Shown piece by piece: positions 37,163 to 47,707 of a stretch of 64,000 bases of DNA. The stretch spans positions 13,912 through 77,911 of the forward strand of contig CAYMIU010000005.1 in assembly GCA_964390515.1 (NCBI GenBank). The letters run 5' to 3'. Under the pieces are notes generated by a model, which did no database searches, had not been told where the DNA came from, and saw only the letters and a program-made list of their open reading frames with translations. The stretch is from an uncultured Stakelama sp. (GTDB lineage Bacteria; Pseudomonadota; Alphaproteobacteria; Sphingomonadales; Sphingomonadaceae). The position numbers and the translations under genes are program-made. Positions within the stretch are counted from its first letter, which is position 1. The number at the start of each line of letters is the position of its first letter.

Positions 37163-40100
37163 TCAGGACATCAACTTACTGACTTGGCTTGACGATCGAC
37201 CAAGTGCGCTAGCGAGTTCATCAATCGAATAGGGCTTTCGCAGCAGATTGAAGCCTCTCGTTCCCTCCTGGGCGAGCACGTGACTATACCCGCTGGTGAG
37301 CACGATTGGCATGGTCGGATAAAGGCGCCGAACATCTTCCGCGAGTTCGATGCCAGATCGACCCGGCATGACGACATCCGTGAACACCGCATCGTAGCGG
37401 TCCGGAAATCGGTGGAGTTCCTCGAGCGCGGCCTGAGCGTCTTCGACCCAATGCGATCCATGCCCAAGCTCTGCGAGCGCCTGAGTCGCGAACTCGCCGA
37501 CCTCCCTGTTGTCCTCGACCACGAGCACACAGGCATGAACAGCGAGCGGAGCCATGTCAGGTCGCTCGTCTTCCGCCAGCGGGCATGCAACGGTAGCCAT
37601 TGGCAAGAAAAGGACGAAGGTGGTGCCGTGACCGACCTGGCTTTCGACCTGAACATCACCCCGCGACTGCTTGGCGAACCCGAAGACCTGACTCAGGCCA
37701 AGTCCCGTGCCGTGGCCGACGCCTTTGGTCGTGAAGAACGGCTCGAAGATGCGGTCGATCTGATCGGCCGCGATGCCGGTGCCGGTATCGGTGACGCAGA
37801 TGGCCACATGGGGACCCTCCACGGCCGCATGACTTCTGAGCGCCGGGATGCGGTCGGTCCTCCGGACCGTGATGGTCAGCGTGCCTTCACCGTTCATCGC
37901 GTCGCGTGCGTTCACCGCCATGTTGACGATCGCCGTGTCGAACTGGCTGGGGTCGGCCATGACCAGCGTGGGCTCGGTCGGCAGATCGTAATCGACGTCG
38001 ATGCGGGAGCCCGTCAACGTGCCGAGCATCTCCACGAGCGAGGTGACGTTGGCGCCTGCGTCGAACACCTGCGGCTGGAGCGTCTGCCGGCGCGCGAACG
38101 CGAGCAGCTGGCCCGTCAGTTTGGTCGCCCGCTCGGCGGTGTCGGCGATCGCGTCGACGTAGCGCGTCCGCTTCTCCGCGCTGAGGTCGGGCCGGCGCAG
38201 CAGGTCGATGGACCCCCGGATCACTGTAAGCAGATTGTTGAAGTCGTGCGCGACGCCGCCGGTCAGCTGGCCGATCGCCTCCACCTTCTGCGATTGGCGC
38301 AACGCGTCCTCGGTCTGACGCAGCGCGTCCTCGGCTTCGCGAGCCGCGGTCACGTCGCGACCGATGGCGAAGATCTCGTCCTCGTTCGGCGCCGCCACCC
38401 AGGAAACCCAGCGGTACGACCCGTCCTTGTGGCGGATCCTCATGACGTAAGCAGGCAGCTCACCGACCTGCGCGACGCCCAGGGCGCGCCTGCTCTGATC
38501 CTTGTCGTCGGGATGGGACAGGAAGACCGCGTCCCTACCCACCAGCTCGGCTTCCTCGTAGCCGAGCATGGTCTTCCATGCGGGGTTCAGACGACGGTAG
38601 GTCCCGGCCGCGTCCATGACGACGAGCAGGTCCGGCGATGCGGTCCACAACCGTTCCACCTCGGCGGCACGAGCGGCGACCTGACCCGCGAGCTCGTCCG
38701 CCTGGTCGCGCAGCTGCCGCTCGATGCTCATGCGCTCGGTCTGGTCGAGCATCGCCCCGATCATGCGGACAGGCCGCCCGGCCTCGTCCCTGATGACGTA
38801 GCCGCGATCGCGTATGTCGGCATAGCTGCCGTCCGCCCTGAGGAAGCGGTATTCGTCGGTCCAGTCCGTCGCGCCACCGTCTATGACGGCGTGGATGCTA
38901 GCATCAATGCGCGCGCGATCATCCGGATGGATGTGCCCGATCCACCATGCGCCGATCGGCTCGACCTTGGCCAGCTGATACCCGTGCGCCTGCTCGATCG
39001 CCTCGTTCCAGGTGACGTGATCGCGGACGAGATCCCAGTCCCAGATCGCGTCGTTCGTCGCCCGGTTCGCCAGTCGCAACCGCTGCGCGGTCTCCGCCAG
39101 CTGCGCCTCTGCAATACGGGCTGCGGTCACATCCTGCACCGTGCCGAGCAGGCGGTCCGCTCGACCTTCCACGAAGTAGGTCTGACCGCGTGCCGCGACG
39201 TGGCGGAGCCTGCCGTCCTCGATCCCGATGGTGCGGTAGTCCACCTCGAACACGCCGTCCCCGCTCGGATCGAGCGCCGCGTCCACCGCCGCATCGGCGC
39301 GCTCGCGATCCTCAGGGTGGACGCCCTTGATGAAGGCCTCCTGGTAGGTGACCGGCGCACCGGGCGGGAGCCCGAACAGAGCACGACATCCGTCGTCCCA
39401 GGTCAGCACGCCCTGCTGCACGTCGTAGTTGAACGTGCCGAGACGTGCGGCGGCGGTGATCACTTCCGCATGCCGGTTCGCCTGCCCGAGAGCCTGCCGC
39501 GTCTCGTGCTCGCGCGTGACGTCGCGCACGGCCTTGACGAAGCCGGGCTCCTGCGCGCCCTTCAACGGCGTCATCGCCCCATGAGCGTAGAAGCGGGTGC
39601 CGTCCTTGCGCAGGTGCCAACGCTCGTCCGAGGCGCGACCTTCGGCCTGCGCCACGGCAAACTCCCGCGCGGGCACGCCTTTCTCTCGATCCTCGGGAGT
39701 GAAGAACCGTTCGGCGTTGTGCCCGAGCATCTCGGCCTCGGTCCATCCGAAGATGCGCTCCGCGCCCTTGCTCCAGCTGGTCACGCAGCCGTCCGCGTCC
39801 ATGGCGATGATCGCGTTGTCGATCGCCGAGTCGACGATCGCGTGGTAGCGCTCCTCGCCCTCGCGGACGCGGCGCTCCGCCTGGTCGAGCGCCATCGCGT
39901 TGGTGCGGCTCTCGATCGCCTCGCGGTTCTCGATCAGCTCGACCACCTGCTCGGCCAGAAGCAAGAGCGCCTCCACCTGCGCTTCGTCCAGGCCGCCGGG
40001 ACGCTGCACCGTATCGATGGCGCACAGGCTGCCGAGCGCCTGCCCGTCGCCCGTCACCAGCGGTGCGCCGGCGTAGAAGCGGAGGTACGGCTCGCCGGTG

Positions 40101-40429
40101 ACCAGCGACATGCCGGCGGTCCGTGGGTCGCCGGCGAGATCCTCGATCTGGAAGACGTCGCGTTGACGGATCGCGAGCGCACAGACCGACGTGTCGAGCG
40201 CGGTCTGATCGACCGCGACCCCGCCCTTCGCCTTGAACCACTGCCGATCGACGTCGACGAGACTCACGAGCGCAATGGGCACCCGGCAGATGTTCTGCAC
40301 CAGCGCCACGATCCGATCGAACCTGCGGTCCGCAGGGGTGTCCAGGATGTCATGGCGACGCAGGGCCGCCAGGCGGTCGGATTCATCGGCTCCGGGCTGT
40401 TCGCCAGATGACTGCTGATCGGTCGGCAC
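37163..40429 (-). CDS. GAF-multiPAS hybrid histidine kinase with receiver
   Basis: GAF (ILDTP..RFYAGAPL), several PAS/PAC, GGVAHDFNNLL H-box, FFTTKG..GTGLGL, REC TDVVMPG. Confidence 0.93.
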   Translation of the reverse strand: MPTDQQSSGEQPGADESDRLAALRRHDILDTPADRRFDRIVALVQNICRVPIALVSLVDVDRQWFKAKGGVAVDQTALDTSVCALAIRQRDVFQIEDLAGDPRTAGMSLVTGEPYLRFYAGAPLVTGDGQALGSLCAIDTVQRPGGLDEAQVEALLLLAEQVVELIENREAIESRTNAMALDQAERRVREGEERYHAIVDSAIDNAIIAMDADGCVTSWSKGAERIFGWTEAEMLGHNAERFFTPEDREKGVPAREFAVAQAEGRASDERWHLRKDGTRFYAHGAMTPLKGAQEPGFVKAVRDVTREHETRQALGQANRHAEVITAAARLGTFNYDVQQGVLTWDDGCRALFGLPPGAPVTYQEAFIKGVHPEDRERADAAVDAALDPSGDGVFEVDYRTIGIEDGRLRHVAARGQTYFVEGRADRLLGTVQDVTAARIAEAQLAETAQRLRLANRATNDAIWDWDLVRDHVTWNEAIEQAHGYQLAKVEPIGAWWIGHIHPDDRARIDASIHAVIDGGATDWTDEYRFLRADGSYADIRDRGYVIRDEAGRPVRMIGAMLDQTERMSIERQLRDQADELAGQVAARAAEVERLWTASPDLLVVMDAAGTYRRLNPAWKTMLGYEEAELVGRDAVFLSHPDDKDQSRRALGVAQVGELPAYVMRIRHKDGSYRWVSWVAAPNEDEIFAIGRDVTAAREAEDALRQTEDALRQSQKVEAIGQLTGGVAHDFNNLLTVIRGSIDLLRRPDLSAEKRTRYVDAIADTAERATKLTGQLLAFARRQTLQPQVFDAGANVTSLVEMLGTLTGSRIDVDYDLPTEPTLVMADPSQFDTAIVNMAVNARDAMNGEGTLTITVRRTDRIPALRSHAAVEGPHVAICVTDTGTGIAADQIDRIFEPFFTTKGVGHGTGLGLSQVFGFAKQSRGDVQVESQVGHGTTFVLFLPMATVACPLAEDERPDMAPLAVHACVLVVEDNREVGEFATQALAELGHGSHWVEDAQAALEELHRFPDRYDAVFTDVVMPGRSGIELAEDVRRLYPTMPIVLTSGYSHVLAQEGTRGFNLLRKPYSIDELASALGRSSSQVSKLMS

Positions 40430-40549
40430 AGGGTCGAGTCACTGCTTGAGCGGAGGGATGATGGATCGGGATCGCCGCCGCCCCCCGGCTACCGGCGATT
40501 TCCGTCACTTAGCAGCAAGACCGGGAGGACGCCATCGGATCGGCCAGAG

Positions 40550-42634
40550 TCAACGTCTCCGCATCATCTCACCGACCTTGGCGGTCAGCGCTTCAAGCGA
40601 GAACGGCTTGGTCAGCAGCTCCATGCCGGGCTCCAGATGACCGTTGCCGACGGCCGCGTTCTCGGCGTAGCCCGTGATGAACAGGACCTTCAGGCCGGGA
40701 CGCAGGTGGCGCGCCGCATCGGCCACCTGGCGCCCGTTCATCCCGCCGGGCAGCCCGACGTCGGTGATTAGCAGCTCGATCTGGGCTCCGGACTGCAGCA
40801 CCTTGATGCCGGCCGCACCATCCGCCGCGTTGATGACGGTGTACCCGGCATCGTCCAGGATCTCGTCGATCAGGTGGCGGATCGTCGCTTCGTCGTCCAC
40901 CACCAGAACCGTACCGCCGCCGGACGCTGCCGTTGCCGACACGGTCTCGTCATCCAGTTCGTCGGGCTCGTCGCCAAGGTGACGTGGCAGGTAGATGCAC
41001 ATGGTCGTGCCAATGCCGACTTCGGAATAGATCCGCACCTGACCGCCGGACTGACGGGCGAAGCCATAGATCATCGAGAGACCGAGACCGGTGCCCTGTC
41101 CCAGTGGCTTGGTCGTGAAGAAGGGCTCGAAGGCGCGCTGCACCGTTGCCTCGTCCATGCCGGTTCCCGTGTCCGTGACGCACACCGACAGATACTGCCC
41201 CGGCTCCAGGTCGCGCGATCGGGCGGTACGCTCGTCCAGCCACTTGTTGGCCGTCTCGATCGTGATCCGGCCACCCTCGGGCATCGCGTCGCGCGCGTTG
41301 ATGCAGAGGTTGAGGATCGCGTTCTCGAGCTGACCCGCGTCGATGTTGGCGGTCCACAGCCCACCTGCGCCGACGACCTCCAGCGTGTTGGCGGGACCGA
41401 TCGTGCGACGGATGAGGTCCTCCATGCCTGCAACGAGCCGGTTCACGTCGACGGGGCGCGGATCGAGCGTCTGGCGGCGGGAGAAGGCGAGCAGTCGCTG
41501 CGTCAGCGCGGCGGCGCGGCGACCAGCACCTTGAGCGGCGAGCACGAAGCGGTCGAGATCCTCCAGCCGACCGCTCGTGAGCCGCAGCTGAAGCAGCTCG
41601 AGGTTGCCCATCATGCCGGTCAGCAGATTGTTGAAGTCATGCGCCAGGCCACCCGTCAGCTGGCCGACCGCCTGCATCTTCTGCGCCTGCCGCAGCGCGT
41701 CCTCCGCGGCGTGCTGCTCGGTCAGATCGCGACCGATTATGTAGAACAAGTCGGAGCCCGCCTCGGGCACCGCCGTCCACATGATCGTCCGTGCAGTGCC
41801 GTCGCGTCGCAGCACATGGTCCACGAAGCCGGAGACGACCTCTCCGGCCGACAAGCGGGCAACGACATCGGCGGTTTCCGCATGGTCGGCGGCTTCGATG
41901 ATCTCGACGAAGGGACGGGACAGCAGTTCCTCCTCCGTCCAGCCGAGAAGCCGCTCCCATGCCGGGTTGACCTGGATGAGGAAGCCGTCGAGCCGTGCCG
42001 TCGCCATCAGGTCGTTGGTGAGCTGCCAGACCCGATCGCGCTCGGCTGTCCGCTCCTCCACCCGTTGTTCGAGCAGGCGGTTGGCGGCTTCGAGTTCATC
42101 CTGGCTGCGCTTCAACGCCGCATCGGCCAGGACGCGGTCCGTGGTCTCGTTGGTGAGGATGAACAGCCCGACCACCTCCCCCTGTGCATCGAGGATGCGC
42201 GAGTAGGAGAAGGTGAACCACGTGTCGGCCTGACCGCGGTCGGTGTCGAGCTTCCACGGCAGATCGGTGAAGCGCTGGCTACGCCCGACGAAGGCGTCGT
42301 CGATGATCGGCTTCGCCTGCGCCCAGGCATCGGCCCAGACCTCGTGGAATGGCGCGCCCATGGCCCAAGCCAGCCGCGGCCCGAGCAGCGGGAAGTAGGT
42401 CTCGTTGAAGAAGAAGGTGAGCTCGTCCGTGCCCCATGCCAGGATCATGGACTCGGGCGAGTTGAGCACCGTGCTCAGGTTCGACTTCAGGATGTCCGGC
42501 CAGGACTCCGGTTGGCCCATCGGGTGACCGGTCCAGTCGCGCTCGACGATCAGGCGAGTGGCCTCGCCCCCGCCCGCCAGGAAGCGCAGATGCTGAGGAA
42601 GGCTGTCGGGAGTGCGGTACAGGTCAGAGATCAT
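40550..42634 (-). CDS. PAS hybrid histidine kinase with receiver
   Basis: GGLAHDFNNLL, LENAILNLCINARDAM, FFTTKPLGQGTGLGL, TDVGLPGG. Confidence 0.93.
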   Translation of the reverse strand: MISDLYRTPDSLPQHLRFLAGGGEATRLIVERDWTGHPMGQPESWPDILKSNLSTVLNSPESMILAWGTDELTFFFNETYFPLLGPRLAWAMGAPFHEVWADAWAQAKPIIDDAFVGRSQRFTDLPWKLDTDRGQADTWFTFSYSRILDAQGEVVGLFILTNETTDRVLADAALKRSQDELEAANRLLEQRVEERTAERDRVWQLTNDLMATARLDGFLIQVNPAWERLLGWTEEELLSRPFVEIIEAADHAETADVVARLSAGEVVSGFVDHVLRRDGTARTIMWTAVPEAGSDLFYIIGRDLTEQHAAEDALRQAQKMQAVGQLTGGLAHDFNNLLTGMMGNLELLQLRLTSGRLEDLDRFVLAAQGAGRRAAALTQRLLAFSRRQTLDPRPVDVNRLVAGMEDLIRRTIGPANTLEVVGAGGLWTANIDAGQLENAILNLCINARDAMPEGGRITIETANKWLDERTARSRDLEPGQYLSVCVTDTGTGMDEATVQRAFEPFFTTKPLGQGTGLGLSMIYGFARQSGGQVRIYSEVGIGTTMCIYLPRHLGDEPDELDDETVSATAASGGGTVLVVDDEATIRHLIDEILDDAGYTVINAADGAAGIKVLQSGAQIELLITDVGLPGGMNGRQVADAARHLRPGLKVLFITGYAENAAVGNGHLEPGMELLTKPFSLEALTAKVGEMMRRR

Positions 42635-42692
42635 GATGGTCCGGGCTGTCGGGCAGTATGTCGGCAACGAACGACGGAGGCGGCGATCGGCC

Positions 42693-43808
42693 TCACTTCG
42701 GCCGCGGTTCCTTCAGCGATTGCCCCGACTGGTGCAGCCTGCCGGCACGCTGTGCCGACAAGGCTTCGCACAGCGTGCGCGCGGCGTTGCGGACCTCCTC
42801 CTGGACCGCCGTGTCGCGGTCCAGTTCGTCATGGCTGGTGGCGTACGGCTTCCAGTAGCCGATGTAGCGGTCGAGCTCGGCCTCCGTGCCGGCGCTCTCC
42901 ATGTGCATGAAGCGCATCCAGTCCGTCAGCCCACGACGGACGTTCTCCGCACCTTCGACGTCACCGTGCACCACGACCGAGAACAGTCTGCCTTTCAGAT
43001 GGCTCGGATAGTCCCAGCCCTTCAGCTCCTCGCGCTTGGCCTCCTTCGCCTCCTTGCCGTGGGTGAGCGACGGATCGGGGTTGCCGCCATCCGCGCAAAC
43101 CAGCCGATCGATCATCAGCTTCAGCGGCGACGTCGGGCTGTACCAGTTGACCGGCGTGACGATCATGACGCCGTGCGCCTCCACCCAAAGCGGATAGATG
43201 TCGTTCATCATGTCCTGCGTCTGGCCGAGGGAGTAGTTCGGATAGCAAGAGCACGGCCAGTGACAGAGCGCCGCGGCGGTCGAGAAGCACGCCTTGCACG
43301 GGTGAATGTGCCGTCCGTACTCGGACGCGAGACGGCTGAGATCGAGGAACTCGACTTTGTGGCCGGCGTCCTCCGCGATCTCGCGCGCGAGCTGGACGAG
43401 GCGCCACGACTTCGACAATTCGCCGGGAAAGGTGTGTTCCGAGCGCGACGATCCGTTGATCAGCAGGATGCGCAATGGACCGTCCGGATCGTCGTGGCGC
43501 GCCTGTGCCGCATCGATCGCGTCCTTCGCCGCGATCCAGTCCACCGCGAGATCGTAGTCCGGATCGGCGTAGCCCGGTCCCGCCTTGCGTGTCTTCGGGC
43601 TCTTGCGTTCGTGAAGGTAAGCATCCCACGCGGCGTGCGTGATGCGGTCCAGCTCGGTCTCCAGACTCGCGTACCCGTCATCCTGGTACTGCGAGCGGAA
43701 CCGGCGCTTGAACTCCGCCTCGTCGAGTCGCGGGCTGTCCGATCCCCTGCGCGGCTCGGGCGTGGCGGCGACGCCCTTCATGTAGTCCGTGACGTCCCTG
43801 ACCCGCAT
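42693..43808 (-). CDS. Flavodoxin / NADPH-dependent FMN reductase family protein
   Basis: LLINGSSR, CKACFST..CHWPCSC, VTPVNWYSPTSPLKLMIDRL. Confidence 0.85.
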   Translation of the reverse strand: MRVRDVTDYMKGVAATPEPRRGSDSPRLDEAEFKRRFRSQYQDDGYASLETELDRITHAAWDAYLHERKSPKTRKAGPGYADPDYDLAVDWIAAKDAIDAAQARHDDPDGPLRILLINGSSRSEHTFPGELSKSWRLVQLAREIAEDAGHKVEFLDLSRLASEYGRHIHPCKACFSTAAALCHWPCSCYPNYSLGQTQDMMNDIYPLWVEAHGVMIVTPVNWYSPTSPLKLMIDRLVCADGGNPDPSLTHGKEAKEAKREELKGWDYPSHLKGRLFSVVVHGDVEGAENVRRGLTDWMRFMHMESAGTEAELDRYIGYWKPYATSHDELDRDTAVQEEVRNAARTLCEALSAQRAGRLHQSGQSLKEPRPK

Positions 43809-43951
43809 GCTCGCTCCGACGATCCGTTCAGGAGAGAACGTCGCACTGCTCACTCGGCTCCGCTCCTGGCGCTCGCAGCGCAACACTGAAGCGCTCGCCT
43901 GCGCCGGCGCTCGTCATGATGCCACGGACCGAAACAAGCCGAGGGACAGCG

Positions 43952-44740
43952 TCAGATCGCCGCGGCATCGCTCCGCTCCCCTGCGTCGCTTGCGTCGCCG
44001 ACGACCAGGCGAGCATATTCTGCTTCGGCAAACCCGTACGTCTCGCCGGCGAATCGTTCGAGCACCTGACGATCGCGCACCATTAGCCGGCCTCGGAATC
44101 CCTTCAGCGCGCCTTCGCCCTCGAGCAGATGGAGGGCCTGCGTGATGCTCTCCCGTCTGACGCCCAGCATGACGCCGAGCTCCTCATGCGTGATGACGAT
44201 CTCGTCGCCGCTCACCCGGTCATGGTAGAGGAGGAACCAGCGCGCGGTTCGACGCTCGACCGGGTGGATCAGGTTGGACACGATCGTGCGCGTCATCTGC
44301 GCGGTGAGGCTGCTGGTGTAGCGAAGCAGGACGGTGCGGATACGTTCGCTCGCTGCCATGGCATCGCGAAGATCCGCTGCGGCGATCCTGAGGGCAGTGC
44401 CTCGCTCGGCACGCACGACCGCCTCGTGCGGCCAACGATCGTTGCCGAGCAGCAGCGGCCAACCGACGAAGCCCTCCTTGCCGGTCAGCGCCACCGCCAG
44501 CCGCTGCCCGGAGTCCAGGACGTCGACGAAGCCGATCACGCCCGCTTCGGGAAAGCAGAGATCCTCGATCGGGTCGCCCGCTCGGGCCAGGACCGCGCCG
44601 GGTTCGAGCGGCACTTGCTGGAGACCTGGTGCGAGAAGACGAAAGTCCTCCGGCGCAAGCAGCTGCAGCAGGCGATTGCCGACCTTCTTCTGCAAAGGTG
44701 CCTCGGCGCTCGGGACGAGACCCGATGCGATGCCCGCCAT
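43952..44740 (-). CDS. Crp/Fnr-family transcriptional regulator
   Basis: GNRLL..CFPEAG..GKEGFVG cNMP-like domain; ERRTARW, ITHEELGVMLGVRRESIT HTH. Confidence 0.9.
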   Translation of the reverse strand: MAGIASGLVPSAEAPLQKKVGNRLLQLLAPEDFRLLAPGLQQVPLEPGAVLARAGDPIEDLCFPEAGVIGFVDVLDSGQRLAVALTGKEGFVGWPLLLGNDRWPHEAVVRAERGTALRIAAADLRDAMAASERIRTVLLRYTSSLTAQMTRTIVSNLIHPVERRTARWFLLYHDRVSGDEIVITHEELGVMLGVRRESITQALHLLEGEGALKGFRGRLMVRDRQVLERFAGETYGFAEAEYARLVVGDASDAGERSDAAAI

Positions 44741-44845
44741 TTCAGCTATTAACCCCACCCCTTACCTTCCTTCTTTCCAAATCCGATCGGCAGGAACCGA
44801 AGACTTCATGCCTTTCCAAACCGCACGTTGTGTTCGTTTCCTCAC

Positions 44846-44870
44846 GCAACCCGCATCGAGCCCGGCGGTT
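44846..44870 (+). promoter_or_regulatory. EcfG (general stress ECF sigma)-like promoter
   Basis: GCAAC-N16-GGTT about 30 bp upstream of the esterase ATG; imperfect match to GGAAC-N16/17-CGTT. Confidence 0.35.
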
Positions 44871-44899
44871 CGTCCCTGATCACCAGGGGAGAATGCTTA

Positions 44900-46006
44900 A
44901 TGTCGTCGAAAGTCGCTTCCGGATCGTGGAAGGCTCTGCTTGCGACCACGCTGATGACGGGAGCCGCCGTCGCGCTTGCCCAGTCGCCGCAGTCGGTCAA
45001 CGCGCCACCGCCTCCACCCCCGCCGCCCGTCGCTGCGCAGCCCGCGAGACCGGCAGCGGACATGCAGGCCGTACTCGACGCCATGATGGCGCTCGGCGCC
45101 AAGCCGATCGAGCAGCTGACGCCGGTGAAGGCCCGCATCCAGCCTACGGCCGCCGACGGCGCCAAGGCCGTGATGCGCAAGCAGGGCGTCTCGACCGCGC
45201 CCGATCCGGCCGTCACGACGCAGGACCTCGCCTATGGATCGGACCCGATGCAGTATGCGCGGGTCTACCGTCCCGCCGCGGCACCCGCAGGCGCGCCGAT
45301 GCCGGTCGTCGTCTACTATCATGGCGGGGGTTGGGTCATCGCCGACGTCAACGTCTACGACGCGACACCGCGGCTCATGGCCAAGCAGCTGAACGCTGTG
45401 GTCGTCTCGGTCGAGTACCGTCATGCACCCGAAGCCAAGTTCCCCGCGCAGCACGACGACGCGAGCGCGGCGTATCGCTGGGTTCTGCAGAACGCCGCCT
45501 CATGGGGCGGTGACCCGGCGAAGGTGGTGCTCGCGGGCGAGAGCGCGGGCGGCAACCTCGCCGTGGCGACCGCGATCTACGCGCGCGACAACGGACTGAC
45601 GCAGCCGCTCCACATCCTGTCGGTATACCCGATCGCCAACAGCGACATGGGCCTGCCATCCAAGCGGGACTCGGCGAACGCGAAGCCGCTGAACACGCCC
45701 ATGCTGAAGTGGTTCGGCTACTACTATTCGACCACGCCGGCCGACCAGCAGGATCCGCGGATCAACCTCGTCAAGGCGAACCTGCGCGGGCTGCCGCCGA
45801 CGACGATCGTCAACGCGCAGATCGATCCGCTGCGTTCCGACGGCGAGACGCTGGCGCAGGCGATGCGGGGCGCAGGCGTTCGCGTCGAGCAGCGCACTTT
45901 CCCGGGCGTGACGCACGAGTTCTTCGGCTTGGGCAAGGTCGTCCGCGGTGCCTACGACGCGGAGAACTACGCCATCGGCCGGGTGAAGGCCTCGCTCGCC
46001 AAGTGA
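44900..46006 (+). CDS. Exported HSL-family (family IV) esterase/lipase
   Basis: Signal peptide and Pro-rich linker; HGGG, GESAGG, DPLRSD, HEF. Confidence 0.9.
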   Translation: MSSKVASGSWKALLATTLMTGAAVALAQSPQSVNAPPPPPPPPVAAQPARPAADMQAVLDAMMALGAKPIEQLTPVKARIQPTAADGAKAVMRKQGVSTAPDPAVTTQDLAYGSDPMQYARVYRPAAAPAGAPMPVVVYYHGGGWVIADVNVYDATPRLMAKQLNAVVVSVEYRHAPEAKFPAQHDDASAAYRWVLQNAASWGGDPAKVVLAGESAGGNLAVATAIYARDNGLTQPLHILSVYPIANSDMGLPSKRDSANAKPLNTPMLKWFGYYYSTTPADQQDPRINLVKANLRGLPPTTIVNAQIDPLRSDGETLAQAMRGAGVRVEQRTFPGVTHEFFGLGKVVRGAYDAENYAIGRVKASLAK

Positions 46007-46055
46007 TCCGAGCCGGCCACGCGGTCCGCGCGGCCGGTCCTCCCGGGAGACCAAC

Positions 46056-46535
46056 ATGAAGACCCTGCTGTTTCTCGCTTCCACGCTCGTCGTCGCCGCG
46101 CCCGCCGCGGCCCAGGTGATGACCCCTACCGAATTCGTCGCGACTGCGGGCGCAAGCGACCTGTACGAGCGCACCTCCAGCCAGATCGTGCTGGAGAGCA
46201 CCAAGGATCCCAAGGTGCGGTCCTTCGCGCAGATGATGATCGCGCACCACGCGAAGAGCACCGCCGACGTGAAGGCCGCCGCCGCCAAGTCGCGGGTCAA
46301 GGCGCCGTCGCCGCACCTCAATCCGCTCCAGACGGAACTGGTCGCCCAGTTGCGGGCGGAGGCAGGGCCTGCACGCGACATGGCCTATGTCGCGCAGCAG
46401 AAGGCATCGCACAATCAGGCGCTGAACGTGCAGCAGGCCTATGCCGCCGAGGGCACCGCACCGGCGCTGAAAACCGCCGCCGGCGCGATCGTGCCGGTGG
46501 TCCAGCAGCACATCGAGATGCTGAAGTCGATGTGA
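46056..46535 (+). CDS. DUF4142 exported protein
   Basis: Signal peptide; FVATAGASDLYE..VRSFAQMMIAHH..YVAQQKASH..QHIEM. Confidence 0.85.
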   Translation: MKTLLFLASTLVVAAPAAAQVMTPTEFVATAGASDLYERTSSQIVLESTKDPKVRSFAQMMIAHHAKSTADVKAAAAKSRVKAPSPHLNPLQTELVAQLRAEAGPARDMAYVAQQKASHNQALNVQQAYAAEGTAPALKTAAGAIVPVVQQHIEMLKSM

Positions 46536-46607
46536 CCCGGCCGGGCTGCGGCACGGCCGCCGCGGCCCACGTCTCGATGAAGCAACGAAGAACAAGAGGA
46601 CCACGCA

Positions 46608-47696
46608 ATGACCGCCAGTCCAGTCCGCTACAGCGATGCCGTCGAGAAGCCGATCGACAACGAGGAGCAGGTCCACCGTGACCTGATCGACACCATGCGG
46701 TCGATCACGGAGACGACGTCGCAGGACTATGGACATGCGGTCCGCAGCGTTCACGCGAAGGCGCATGGAATCCTGTCGGGCGAGCTGGAGATCGACGGGG
46801 CTCTTCCACCCGAACTGGCGCAGGGCCTGTTCGCGGGCGCCGGGCGTTATCGCGTGCTGATGCGCTTCTCGACCAATCCCGGCGATCTCCTGGACGATTC
46901 CGTGTCCGCGCCGCGCGGGCTCGCGCTCAAGATCCTCGACGTCGAGGGCGAGCGATTGCCGGACTCGGCCGGCGAGACGACCCAGAACCTCATCCTCGTC
47001 AACGCACCCGCGTTCGCCGCGCCCGACGCCAAGGCCTTCCTCGGCAGCCTGAAGCAGCTCGCGGCCACGACCGACAAGGCGGAGTGGGCGAAGAAGCTGC
47101 TCTCGGCGACGCTCCGCGGCGTCGAGAACGCCATCGAGGCGGTCGGCGGCAAGAGCGCGATGATCTCGACCATGGGCGGCACACCGATCACCCACCCGCT
47201 CGGCGACAGCTATTACAGTCAGGTGCCGTTTCGGTACGGCGACCACATCGCCAAGTTCGCGCTGGTGCCGGTGTCGCCGAACCTGACGCAGCTGACGGGC
47301 GACCGGGTGAACACGACCGACCGCCCCGACGCCTTGCGCGAGGTGATCCGGGAGACGATCATCGAGCAGGGCGGGACTTGGGAGCTTCGCGTCCAGCTCA
47401 ACACCGACCTCGAGAAGATGCCGGTCGAGGACGCCTCGGTCGAGTGGGACGAGGAGAGGAGCCCGTATCGCACCGTCGGCCGGATCACGGTCGAGCCGCA
47501 GATGTCGCTCGGAACCGATCTCGCCGGGGTGGTCGACGAGCAGACCTTCTTCAGCCCGTGGCACGGGCTCGCCGCGCACCGACCACTCGGCTCGGTCAAC
47601 CGGTCGCGGCGGCAGGCCTATGAGATGTCGGCCGAGTTCCGCGCGAAGTTCAACGGCTGCCCCATGCACGATACCGCCGCGTTCCCGACCGCCTGA
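46608..47696 (+). CDS. Small catalase-like heme protein 1
   Basis: RSVHAKAHG (distal His), MRFS, LVNAPAF (Asn), HRPLGSVNRSRRQAY (proximal Arg/Tyr). Confidence 0.88.
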   Translation: MTASPVRYSDAVEKPIDNEEQVHRDLIDTMRSITETTSQDYGHAVRSVHAKAHGILSGELEIDGALPPELAQGLFAGAGRYRVLMRFSTNPGDLLDDSVSAPRGLALKILDVEGERLPDSAGETTQNLILVNAPAFAAPDAKAFLGSLKQLAATTDKAEWAKKLLSATLRGVENAIEAVGGKSAMISTMGGTPITHPLGDSYYSQVPFRYGDHIAKFALVPVSPNLTQLTGDRVNTTDRPDALREVIRETIIEQGGTWELRVQLNTDLEKMPVEDASVEWDEERSPYRTVGRITVEPQMSLGTDLAGVVDEQTFFSPWHGLAAHRPLGSVNRSRRQAYEMSAEFRAKFNGCPMHDTAAFPTA

Positions 47697-47707
47697 GGGA
47701 CGTTCCT

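Noticed and set aside
37280-40411. 1043-aa + strand ORF
   Set aside because: Antisense shadow of the hybrid kinase.
37163-42634. Possible LOV/phytochrome light sensing in the kinases
   Set aside because: No GxNCRFLQ motif or bilin-binding signature visible in the PAS/GAF domains.
44998-45030. C-rich low-complexity tract
   Set aside because: Simply encodes the poly-Pro linker of the esterase.
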